A DNA stretch of 63,943 nucleotides from Candidatus Avilachnospira sp. (GTDB lineage Bacteria > Bacillota > Clostridia > Oscillospirales > Oscillospiraceae), in contig JAZSCX010000107.1 in NCBI GenBank assembly GCA_045530865.1, forward strand, positions 1 through 63,943, read 5' to 3'. How positions within the stretch are numbered: the stretch's first letter is position 1; each line of letters begins with the position of its first letter. The notes below the pieces were generated by a model. The model saw nothing but the letters and a program-made list of their open reading frames with translations, was not told the origin of the DNA and made no database searches. The translations under genes were made by a program, and so were the position numbers. Positions 41,514 to 50,224 of the stretch are shown in pieces.

Positions 41514-42554
41514 TCAACCCTCCAGCTTTGCAAAGATCTCTTCCAGAACCTTGCTGATGGCGGCAGCCATGCTGAAGAAGCCCAGATCAGTGGGATGGCA
41601 GCCGTCCACGGTGCCTTCATCACCGGCAATGGCCATCAGCTCGGGACCGGACAGGAACCAGACGTTTTCATCACCGGCAGCCTTGGCCCGCTCATAGGTG
41701 CCCTTGACGATATCGCGGCGGGCGGTATCGTCCTCGTTCAGATAGAACTTGGGGCGGGACATCATGAGAATGGGCAGGTTGGGCTGGGCGGCACGGATGA
41801 TATCGAACATCCGGCCATGGTGGATGGCCAGCTCCTCCGTGGGGGAGTTGTGGTCATAGTCCATGACGAACACGCTCATCTTGAGGGATGCGATGTACTC
41901 CGCAATCTCTACTTCGCCTCTGGCGCTGCCGTTGAAGCCCAGACTGATGTAGTCGGAATCGAAGCGGCGGGCAACGATGTTGGCGTAGGCCATGCCGGAG
42001 CGGGAGGCACAGCCGCCATGGGTGATGGAGGAACCGTAATACACAATGGGGGTCATGCGGCTGTAGTCCGGGGCTTCCTCCAGCAGGCAGCCCTCTGCCA
42101 GACCGATGCTGACCTCGCTGGTCTCGGCAAAGAGGGGCATATTGATGGTGATGAGCTGCTTTCTGGGGATCAGCTCCACAATGGATTCATATTTATCCAC
42201 AAAATCGGCAGGGAACATGAAGGTGCCGCCGTACCGGGTCTCACCCTCGTAGGTGGTGTAGAGGTCATAGCCTGCGCCGCCGGTGAGGGTACCGTGGCAG
42301 TCTCTGGTGGTGGCAACCTTGGTGCGGATGATCACATAGGGACTGTCGGTAATAAAGCGGATTCTGCCGCCTGCACTGCAGCGGGAGTTGCCGTAAACGG
42401 GCTCGCTGACCTTCCGTGCGGCTTCATCGGGCATTCTGCGGAAGACGCCGTCCTCCATCCATACACCGTGGATGCGGAAGGGTGCCTGCTGGGGGTCAAA
42501 GAACGTTACATCAGGCTTGTTGATCTCGCCTCTGGTGGGATATTCCTTGTTCAT
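41514..42554 (-). CDS. SGNH/GDSL-type hydrolase with N-terminal GxDLY-type beta domain (carbohydrate esterase-like)
   Basis: GAGYDLY occurs in the N-terminal domain. YYGSSITHG is block I and DGCHPTDLG is block V (DxxH). Confidence 0.75.
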   Translation of the reverse strand: MNKEYPTRGEINKPDVTFFDPQQAPFRIHGVWMEDGVFRRMPDEAARKVSEPVYGNSRCSAGGRIRFITDSPYVIIRTKVATTRDCHGTLTGGAGYDLYTTYEGETRYGGTFMFPADFVDKYESIVELIPRKQLITINMPLFAETSEVSIGLAEGCLLEEAPDYSRMTPIVYYGSSITHGGCASRSGMAYANIVARRFDSDYISLGFNGSARGEVEIAEYIASLKMSVFVMDYDHNSPTEELAIHHGRMFDIIRAAQPNLPILMMSRPKFYLNEDDTARRDIVKGTYERAKAAGDENVWFLSGPELMAIAGDEGTVDGCHPTDLGFFSMAAAISKVLEEIFAKLEG

Positions 42555-42571
42555 AACGAAACTTCTTTCGA

Positions 42572-45500
42572 TCAGCGATAATAGTGGATGACCATGGGCT
42601 TCAGGATGCCGTTTTCGGTGCGCGTGGCGCCGAATTCGCCGATGGAGCAGGCGAACTGATTGGCACGGGTGGAGGTAACACGGATTTCAATGGTGTTTTC
42701 GCCTTCCTTCAGGAAGTCGGTCAGGTCAAATTCGTCTGCCAGCCACAGCTTCTGGCCCACATATTCGCCGTTGACATAGACCTTGGCGGCATCGTCGGTG
42801 TTGGTGGTCAGGGTGATCTTGCCAAAGCCCTGTTCGGGCGTGAAGGGGACCGTGTAGATGCCGTCGCCGGCGTAGTAATAGTAGCCCGCATTCTCCCAGC
42901 CGCCCACGGGGATGGTTTCTACAGGAGCGGTCATGCGGTCATTGTCCACGCAGAACGCGCCGGAGAGGTACACATAGGGCGGTACATTGGGCTTGCCGAT
43001 GTTCTCGGTATAGCCTTCCAACTCAAACAGGTTCTCGCCCACATGGAGCAGCTGGGCAATCTCCGTGGTGAAGTCGGCGGGAGACCAGCGGATGCAGTTG
43101 CAGCCGTATGCCAGTTCTGTGCCGTTGACAGCCAGACGGGTGACGCGATCGACCTCGGCGTTGAGAAGCACGCTTTCGGGCAGATGGTCGATCTGTACCT
43201 TGGCGCGGAGCTTGAAGGGGGCGTTCTTGGTCAGATGGACCCGGTCGGAGAAGCACATATACTTGCAGGCTTCCCACTCTCCGGTCAGGGGATTGAACAT
43301 TTCGTAGGTCAGGGGCAGATAGTTGCCGTCAGCGGCAGTGAAGGTGTAGGGGCCTTCCAGTGCCACGGCATGGTCCTCTTCGGCAGGCTGTGCGGAAGAG
43401 ACAGGCATTTCGGTGCTCTTGGGATCGCGGATGATGGCGATCATCTCATAGCCGTCCAGCATAAAGGACATTCTGCCGTTTTCCACGGTATAGGGCACCT
43501 CGGCGCTGGTCTCGTGGGTCAGGAGGTGCATACCGGGCAGGGCGTCAATTTCCACGGAGGCAGGCTTGGCATTATCATTGAAGATAAAGTAAACCTCGGA
43601 CTCTTCGTTGCTGCGCTTGGAAATATACACGCCGGTGTCGGCACAGATATTCAGCACCTTGCCGCCGACGATTTCCCGGAAGGCGGTGCGGTACAGACCG
43701 GCATCCAGCGGGAATGCGGGAGGATTGATGAAGTATGTGCTGCCATCAGAGGTGACGTTGGCGGCGGGCAGGAAGGGCTTCCAGTTGTAGCCTGCGTCAA
43801 AGCCTTCGCCGGTGTCCACATTGACGCCTGGGACGGCATGGGTGAACACGGTGGTGACGTTATGAGCCCGCAGTTCTTCCAGCAGCGCCTTGGTTTCCTT
43901 GTTGATGTAGAACATTCTGGGGAATACCAGAGCGTCGTAGCGATAGCCGAAGGCCTCCACATAGCCATCGTGGACGGTGATCTTGTCGGTCATATGCTCG
44001 GAGAACAGATCGTAGCCGATGCCCTCCATCAGCAGAGCTTCAATGGTGTCTACATAGGAGCGGTTTTCGGGCAGATCCAGATTGACGATCTCGTTCCACT
44101 TGTTCTGCATCCACAGATACCATTCCTGCTCCTGCTGCATGATGGGGATAAACACCAGCACACTGCTGTCGGGCTTGGTGGCAGCGGACAGGGCAGAGAA
44201 GGAGGCCATATAGCCGCCCAGATCGCGGTACTGGGGGTACAGCGTATTGACGAAGGAGTGGTTGGGAGGCAGTGCGCCGCAGTAGGTCTTGGCAGCGCCG
44301 CCCATGGAATAGTGGGCGCCCATGTACTGGATCCAGTTGACGCCCTGCACCATCAGGCGGTTGGCAATGCGCTGCATGGTGGGCAGACGCATATACCAGC
44401 CGGAGCCGGTGTAGGTTTCGCAGAGCACGCGATCAGAGCCGCAGAACTTGGCGGCGGAAGCGGAGAGCTTGGGTGCGGTATCAAAGGACAGCCAGTCGAT
44501 CTTCAGAGAGGAGAAGATGGAATCGAGACCGGGAATGTCGAACAGGGTCAGCTCTTCCAGCATATCGCCCTGGAACAGGTGGCCGGCAACGTTTTCCTCA
44601 CCGCCGAAGTGTCCGGTGAAGATCAGGTTGTTGTCATGGCACCACTGGCTGTACTGGCGCATGAAGCAGTCAAAGTACATCCGCTTGACGGTGGCGCGGT
44701 AATCATGGACGGCCTTGATCTCCTCGGGGGTCTTGGCGGGAATGGTCCACAGGGTGTACAGCCAGGGCAGGATAGAGTAGCCGTGATCCTTTTCAAATTC
44801 TGCCGGGAAGCTGTCGCACCAGGGGCCTGCGATGGAATAGTCGAAGTGGCGCAGGGAAGTGGGCTCATCGGTAAAGGCGCCGCGGACGGTCTTGCCGAAT
44901 TCGTCGCCGATGAACTGCTTGTAGCGGCCGTGGGTCAACTCCAGAAACTTGGCAACGGCGTCGGGATTGAACATATCCACATATCCCAGAATGTTGTCAG
45001 CACCGGCGCGTCCGGTACCGGAGGGCAGCAGCTGCAGATTGTACTCAACAAAATAGAACAGGGCGCGGCCGCCGAGGTGGGTGGAGTTGTGGACGTATTC
45101 CAGATTGGTGTACATACCGTGTTTTTCCAGCTTGCACTGGTCGGTGATGTCCTCCACATAGGTCTTACCGTCCAGCTCGGTAATCAGCTGTGCGCCGATA
45201 AATTCACCGGGGCGGACGACGGAAACACGGTGGCTGGGGCCGTAGAGCACATGATCCTCCACCCGCAGTTCCTTCTGGCGATATTCGGGGAAGTCACGGC
45301 AGAGGATACCACCGGCGGTGCCGGAGGGGAACTCGTACTCGTCATAGATCCAGTAGTACATACCCAGTCGCTTGGCCTCCTTGACCACGTGCTGGATCAG
45401 CTCCATGTAGCGGTCGGAAAGGTACTCAATGCCGAAGCCCACGGCGGGATGGATGAAGAAGTTGGTGATATTCTGCTGGCGGAATTTTTCCATCTCCCAG

Positions 45501-45610
45501 GTGATGCGCTCTTCCGTGACTGTGTCATTCCAGAACCACATCATCAGGGGGCCAAAGTCGGTATGGGGCGTTTTGAATTCCTGAATCAGAGAATTGCAGT
45601 CTTTTTTCAT
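42572..45610 (-). CDS. large glycoside-hydrolase-like protein (GH106 alpha-L-rhamnosidase-like; family assignment tentative)
   Basis: 1012 aa. The N-terminus reads PLMMWFWNDTVTEERI...NITNFFIHP. The C-terminal jelly-roll reads ...VYVNGEYVGQKLW...GENTIEIRV. RBS GAGGGA precedes the ATG at 45610. Confidence 0.6.
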   Translation of the reverse strand: MKKDCNSLIQEFKTPHTDFGPLMMWFWNDTVTEERITWEMEKFRQQNITNFFIHPAVGFGIEYLSDRYMELIQHVVKEAKRLGMYYWIYDEYEFPSGTAGGILCRDFPEYRQKELRVEDHVLYGPSHRVSVVRPGEFIGAQLITELDGKTYVEDITDQCKLEKHGMYTNLEYVHNSTHLGGRALFYFVEYNLQLLPSGTGRAGADNILGYVDMFNPDAVAKFLELTHGRYKQFIGDEFGKTVRGAFTDEPTSLRHFDYSIAGPWCDSFPAEFEKDHGYSILPWLYTLWTIPAKTPEEIKAVHDYRATVKRMYFDCFMRQYSQWCHDNNLIFTGHFGGEENVAGHLFQGDMLEELTLFDIPGLDSIFSSLKIDWLSFDTAPKLSASAAKFCGSDRVLCETYTGSGWYMRLPTMQRIANRLMVQGVNWIQYMGAHYSMGGAAKTYCGALPPNHSFVNTLYPQYRDLGGYMASFSALSAATKPDSSVLVFIPIMQQEQEWYLWMQNKWNEIVNLDLPENRSYVDTIEALLMEGIGYDLFSEHMTDKITVHDGYVEAFGYRYDALVFPRMFYINKETKALLEELRAHNVTTVFTHAVPGVNVDTGEGFDAGYNWKPFLPAANVTSDGSTYFINPPAFPLDAGLYRTAFREIVGGKVLNICADTGVYISKRSNEESEVYFIFNDNAKPASVEIDALPGMHLLTHETSAEVPYTVENGRMSFMLDGYEMIAIIRDPKSTEMPVSSAQPAEEDHAVALEGPYTFTAADGNYLPLTYEMFNPLTGEWEACKYMCFSDRVHLTKNAPFKLRAKVQIDHLPESVLLNAEVDRVTRLAVNGTELAYGCNCIRWSPADFTTEIAQLLHVGENLFELEGYTENIGKPNVPPYVYLSGAFCVDNDRMTAPVETIPVGGWENAGYYYYAGDGIYTVPFTPEQGFGKITLTTNTDDAAKVYVNGEYVGQKLWLADEFDLTDFLKEGENTIEIRVTSTRANQFACSIGEFGATRTENGILKPMVIHYYR

Positions 45611-46222
45611 TGGATTTCCCTCGCTTTTGTTAAGTATGGTAATGGAGCTCCATGAGTTTGAGAACACCGTTTTCATTCACGCGGTCGGCATAGTACCACA
45701 GGGCGCCGATCTCGCAGGTAAACATGTTCTGATGGGTAAATTTCGATCAATTTTTGCCGGTTTTTTCAAGACAATGGTCAGACACCGTCTGCTTGATGCG
45801 ATTATAGCATATTCCATCCGATGTGACTATAGAAAAAACAGATTCTTGTCATTTTTTTATGGTTGCATCTGTCCCTCCGTAGGGCGGCCAGACTCTTGTC
45901 CGCCGCACGAAAAACCATCAGCAGGGGCTGCGGTGGTCATGGGCATTTCGCCGCCTTCTTTTCCGCAGACGATGGCCAGCATGGCGCGGCAGGCATCCTT
46001 GCCGGCATTTTCTTCCGGTGTGAACAGCCATGCTGCTCCGCGCGGCTCAGTGCACCGTCACAGGCGCTCATGCCGAAGCATTCGCCGCTGTCGGTTTCCA
46101 GACCGGGCAGGGTGCGGACACTGTGTGCCCGCAGATGTTCCAGAAGCATGCATATTCGGCGTCGGGGTTTTTAAATTGCTTTAGTATCATTGATCATAAT
46201 TTGCCTCCTGTAAGACAATTTG

Positions 46223-47002
46223 TTAAGCAATATGGAACAGACGGGCGGCATTGTTGCCGAGAATCAATTCTTTCTCCTCTGTGGAGATATTGGCGCCCAG
46301 AACCATGCCGATCTGGAAGGAAAGGTCGAACCAGGAGATATCGCTGGCAGCCAGCAGGTGATCGGCGCCCACATGCTCCACCATGTACTCCACAAAGTGA
46401 CGGTTGTAAACATCGCCGCCCATGTCAAAATAGGCGTTTTTATGGGTGCTGCCGATTTCGGCGGCGGCCTGAATGCCCTTTACGCGGCCACCGGAGTGAC
46501 CGAAAATAAAGTTCACTTCCGGGAATTCTTCCAAATTTTGCACAAATTGATCGGGGGTGGAGTACTTCTGCTTGGGGTTGGAGGTCAGTGCCCAGGTGTG
46601 GGACATGATGACCAGACCGTAATCACGGGCGCGCTCCCAGACAAGCTTGTACAGGGGGTCATTTGCCCAGGTGGAGTGGTCGGAGGGATGGATTTTGATA
46701 CCGCGGAAAGCGGGATCATCGTGATAGGCATCAATGGTGGCAAGGTCGATCTCTGCCACCCGGGGATCGAACAGGAAGTAGTTGAGAACCCGTCCGTTGG
46801 ACTTTTCATACAGGGCTTTGCAGTCGGCGGCATAGGTGCGGTGAGCCTCCAGATCCGGAACATGCTCCAGAGCGCGGCAAAGGGACTGAACCATATAATC
46901 GCAGCCGATAGCATCCATATGCCGCAGGATAGAATCATCATCCCAGTTAAAATTCATCATATTGGCAGTCTTCTGAAAATGAGCATGTGTATCAACGATC
47001 AT
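46223..47002 (-). CDS. amidohydrolase-2 family protein, catalytic-type
   Basis: MIVDTHAHF (HxH), GIKIHPS, MSHTW, FGHSGGR and AASD are present. It is a paralogue of 11256-12038. Confidence 0.8.
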   Translation of the reverse strand: MIVDTHAHFQKTANMMNFNWDDDSILRHMDAIGCDYMVQSLCRALEHVPDLEAHRTYAADCKALYEKSNGRVLNYFLFDPRVAEIDLATIDAYHDDPAFRGIKIHPSDHSTWANDPLYKLVWERARDYGLVIMSHTWALTSNPKQKYSTPDQFVQNLEEFPEVNFIFGHSGGRVKGIQAAAEIGSTHKNAYFDMGGDVYNRHFVEYMVEHVGADHLLAASDISWFDLSFQIGMVLGANISTEEKELILGNNAARLFHIA

Positions 47003-47025
47003 AGTGGAATACCTCCTGTCATTGG

Positions 47026-47820
47026 TTAAGGCTGAATGTTACCCAGCAGCCGCTGGAAATTGTCATGGAAGATCAGGGCTTTCTGATCCGGAGTCGTGTG
47101 CATATCCAGGAACTTCAGCAGGCCATTGAGATCCTGATAGGGGGAATAGGTGCCGAAGAGCAGCTGCTCGGCGCCGATATACTGCAGGGCGTAGGGAATG
47201 AAGCCGTATTCAGTGAAATTATGCATTTCAAAATAGATGTTCCGGAATGCTTCTCCCAGACCCATAAAATAGCGGATATTGTAGATGGTTTTCTGATCGC
47301 TGCCTTCAATGATGATGGGCAGGTTCGGATACGTCTCCGCCAGTTCTCCATAGACATCAGGATCCACTTCTGTGTGGGAGATCATCAGAGGAATGCGGTG
47401 AGCCTCCATGGCGCGGAGAATTTTTCCAACCTGCCAGGGCTTCATGGAGTGGCGCATATATTTGGGATACATGCGAATAATGACGGCTTTGTGGGCGATC
47501 AGATACTGCAGATACTCCTCAAAATTCTTGCCGCCGAGGCACATTTCAGGAATGACTGTGGGCGCGGCGTACAAAGCGTCGTTGCCGCCAACACGCTGCA
47601 GCAGGCGTTCGTTGGCTTCATAGAGATCGTCGGCAAGGCAGTTCTTGTCGGTGACAACTACCTTGTCCAATCCCTCTGTCAGAAGCATTTCCGGGGTGAC
47701 GTCAGCATCGGCGGCACTCAGAAACTGATCCTGCCAATAGGGGATGCAGCAATCGATATCAAAAATGGGATAGTCATTTTTCAGATTTTGCAGAGCGGTC
47801 TCCATTGCTTTTATAGACAT
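47026..47820 (-). CDS. amidohydrolase-2-like protein lacking the HxH and strand-8 Asp motifs
   Basis: FDIDCCIPYW replaces HxH and LLFGTYSPY replaces GSDW. It is a paralogue of 12072-12866. RBS AAAGGAG precedes the ATG at 47820. Confidence 0.7.
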   Translation of the reverse strand: MSIKAMETALQNLKNDYPIFDIDCCIPYWQDQFLSAADADVTPEMLLTEGLDKVVVTDKNCLADDLYEANERLLQRVGGNDALYAAPTVIPEMCLGGKNFEEYLQYLIAHKAVIIRMYPKYMRHSMKPWQVGKILRAMEAHRIPLMISHTEVDPDVYGELAETYPNLPIIIEGSDQKTIYNIRYFMGLGEAFRNIYFEMHNFTEYGFIPYALQYIGAEQLLFGTYSPYQDLNGLLKFLDMHTTPDQKALIFHDNFQRLLGNIQP

Positions 47821-48045
47821 AAACAAAACTCCTTTGATAGAATATTTGAACGGATAAGCGGATTGCGGATTATACAAAGAAAGACATTGTGGAGCGTCTC
47901 TCTGAATTACAGGTTATTGCAGCACCTGACTTTAGCTTATGATACAGCCGACAGGGAAGATAGTCAAGCACGAATTCAACGTAGATTTACGAAAAATTAT
48001 TCATCGGAACCCGTAAGGTACGAGCACCTCCGATGGCAAATTAAA

Positions 48046-48082
48046 TGCAAAACAGGCGAGAGACATCCAACGTCTCTCGCCT
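48046..48082 (-). terminator. rho-independent terminator (minus strand)
   Basis: The minus strand reads CAGGCGAGAGAC-GTTGGAT-GTCTCTCGCCTG followed by TTTTGC. Confidence 0.7.
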
Positions 48083-48088
48083 GAAAAA

Positions 48089-48784
48089 TTATTCTTCAAT
48101 GGGGAACAGGAACTCCACGAATTTTGCAGCATTTTCCTGATACTGCGAATTGGTGCAAATACCCATAATGCAATCATTGTTGGCGGGCATATAATACTCT
48201 TCAAATTTTTCGCAGCCGTTCATGTCGATGCCCACGGGCACCGGATCTTCAAATCCGGTGGGATCGGTGGAACCGGGCACCAGATTGGCCATATCCACAT
48301 AATACACATGATCGCCAATGGCATCCAGCTGTTCCTCGGAGAGCACGAGCCGCAGATCCTGCATCAGATCCCGCTCATACATCTGGAACTGGATGGCGCA
48401 CAGGGTGATCACATCGATCTCCTTTGCAGCGGTCTTTGCCCAGAAAAGATCATTGGACTCCTTTTGCACCTGAAAATCCTCGCTGACCATGGAAAGATTA
48501 TTGATAAAGTAAACATCTTCCTTTTTGGGGTCGATTCCGGCAAATTCGGCAAAATCCTCATGAATGGGTGCATCATCGTGGAGATTATAGGCGTCCATCA
48601 TCAGACCGCAGAATACAATTTCCTTTTTGGTTGCCAGTTCATAGATAAAGGAACCGATGCAGACCAGTACGATCAGTACGATCAGCGCGGGTTTGCTGTA
48701 GTAATCCCAGAGATATGCCATAAATTCGTCGCGGGGTCGTTTCCGCATTTCCTGAAAATTCTCTCTGGGTGTGGGATCTGCCAT
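48089..48784 (-). CDS. hypothetical single-pass membrane protein
   Basis: 231 aa with one TM helix (ALIVLIVLVCIGSFIY) and an acidic extracytoplasmic domain. No family recognised. Confidence 0.55.
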   Translation of the reverse strand: MADPTPRENFQEMRKRPRDEFMAYLWDYYSKPALIVLIVLVCIGSFIYELATKKEIVFCGLMMDAYNLHDDAPIHEDFAEFAGIDPKKEDVYFINNLSMVSEDFQVQKESNDLFWAKTAAKEIDVITLCAIQFQMYERDLMQDLRLVLSEEQLDAIGDHVYYVDMANLVPGSTDPTGFEDPVPVGIDMNGCEKFEEYYMPANNDCIMGICTNSQYQENAAKFVEFLFPIEE

Positions 48785-48906
48785 GGTAAAGCCTCCAAAT
48801 CAAATCGTTACGATAGCATTATACAACATTTTTTGCGGAATTTGTATCTAATCCGTAAATTAGTCAAAATTATTTGTTCGTCGGAACAATAAACCTGCGT
48901 GACAAA

Positions 48907-48958
48907 GGCTCCCCTTGAGGGGAGCTGGCGGCCTCAAGGCCGTCTGAGAGGTGTGTGC
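48907..48958. repeat. single unit of the composite REP-like family
   Basis: GGCTCCCCTTGAGGGGAGC, GGCGGCCTCAAGGCCGTC, then TGAGAGGTGTGTGC. Confidence 0.6.
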
Positions 48959-48977
48959 AGGCACCAACAAAAACCGT

Positions 48978-49142
48978 GTCATTGCCGAAGCCCAAAGGAA
49001 GTGGCTTCGGCAGGCCCTCGCCTAAAGATGCGGGGCCTGCGAGCGTCAACGGCGCGTGGCAATCTCGACCTATCAGGTTACGATACATCGAGATCGCCGC
49101 GTCCCACCACGTCGCTTTGCGCCTCGTGGTCCTTGCGATGAC
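48978..49142. mobile_element. MITE-like 165-bp element with GTCATYGC termini
   Basis: The left end is GTCATTGCCGAAGCC... and the right end reversed is GTCATCGCAAGGACC.... An internal GCGTGGCAATC box matches the 23941-24054 element. Confidence 0.5.
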
Positions 49143-49218
49143 AAATCCGGCGGTGAGTCTAGTGGGTAACATTGACAATATCCCACAATAATGTTATTAT
49201 AGCGTCAACCAAAAGAAA

Positions 49219-50178
49219 ATGAAATACAATATCTGGTCAATATTTATATATATTTGTTCATCATCCTGTTGTTTTGGAGGTGCGCTTGTGGAACGGTTTT
49301 ATCCAGTTTACTCCAATGAGAAGAGAAAAGAGCCCAGTACTCTGCTTCAGTCCCGCTTTATTGAGCGGAGAATCACGGTTCATTCCGTGATCGGTGCCAT
49401 TGACAATACCCATGACCGGTCTTTTTCCTTTCCGGGTGAAGCTCATCCTTTCTGGGAAATGGTTTATGTGATGGATGGCAGAGTCGGTGTGACTGCCGAT
49501 GACCGGATCTATGTGTTGTCTGCCGGAGATTTGATTATCCATAAACCTATGGAGTTTCATAAGATCTGGTCGGAGGATGACCATGTCCGGGTGAATATCT
49601 ATACCTTCGTTGCCAGCGGCAAGAACCTGACCGGTATGGAAAACCACAGCGGTGAAGTCAATAGTGTTGCGGAGAAGCAACTTCATGAGCTCAATTTCGT
49701 AGCGAAACAGGCGTTTGTCTGTGATGAGGGCGGACTGGTCATGGAAATCTGCGATCCGGTCAAGGCGCAGATTTTTTCCGCAATGCTGGAGATGCTCCTG
49801 CTGGAGCTGAAGGAGAATACCAGTGAGATCGGCATGGAAGAAAAGAATTCCAGAACGTTCTCCACGGTTATCGCCTATCTGAATGATAATTTGCACCGGC
49901 AGCTGACGGTGGAGCAGATCGCCCAGCAATGCAGCGTCAGCAGCAGTATGCTGAAAAAGATTTTCCGGAAGTATACGGATGCCGGCGTGATAGCCTACTT
50001 CTCCCGCATGAAGATCAATCGGGCCATGGAGATGCTCAGTGCCGGTGCCAGTGTTGCCACGGTCAGTGAAAAGCTGGCCTTTGCCAATCAGTTTTATTTT
50101 AGCACGGTGTTCAAGCGGCAGACCGGCTATACCCCCACACAGTACAGGAAAATGGGAGTGCAGTCTCAGGAAGAATAG
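49219..50178 (+). CDS. AraC-family transcriptional regulator (cupin sensor plus dual HTH)
   Basis: The C-terminus ...LTVEQIAQQCSVSSSMLKKIFRKY...FANQFYFSTVFKRQTGYTPTQYR is canonical AraC. A more likely start is the GTG at 49288, which follows RBS GGAGG. Confidence 0.85.
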   Translation: MKYNIWSIFIYICSSSCCFGGALVERFYPVYSNEKRKEPSTLLQSRFIERRITVHSVIGAIDNTHDRSFSFPGEAHPFWEMVYVMDGRVGVTADDRIYVLSAGDLIIHKPMEFHKIWSEDDHVRVNIYTFVASGKNLTGMENHSGEVNSVAEKQLHELNFVAKQAFVCDEGGLVMEICDPVKAQIFSAMLEMLLLELKENTSEIGMEEKNSRTFSTVIAYLNDNLHRQLTVEQIAQQCSVSSSMLKKIFRKYTDAGVIAYFSRMKINRAMEMLSAGASVATVSEKLAFANQFYFSTVFKRQTGYTPTQYRKMGVQSQEE

Positions 50179-50224
50179 ATCAGAACTACTTATTATATTA
50201 TAATGTATAAAGGAGAAATGATCG

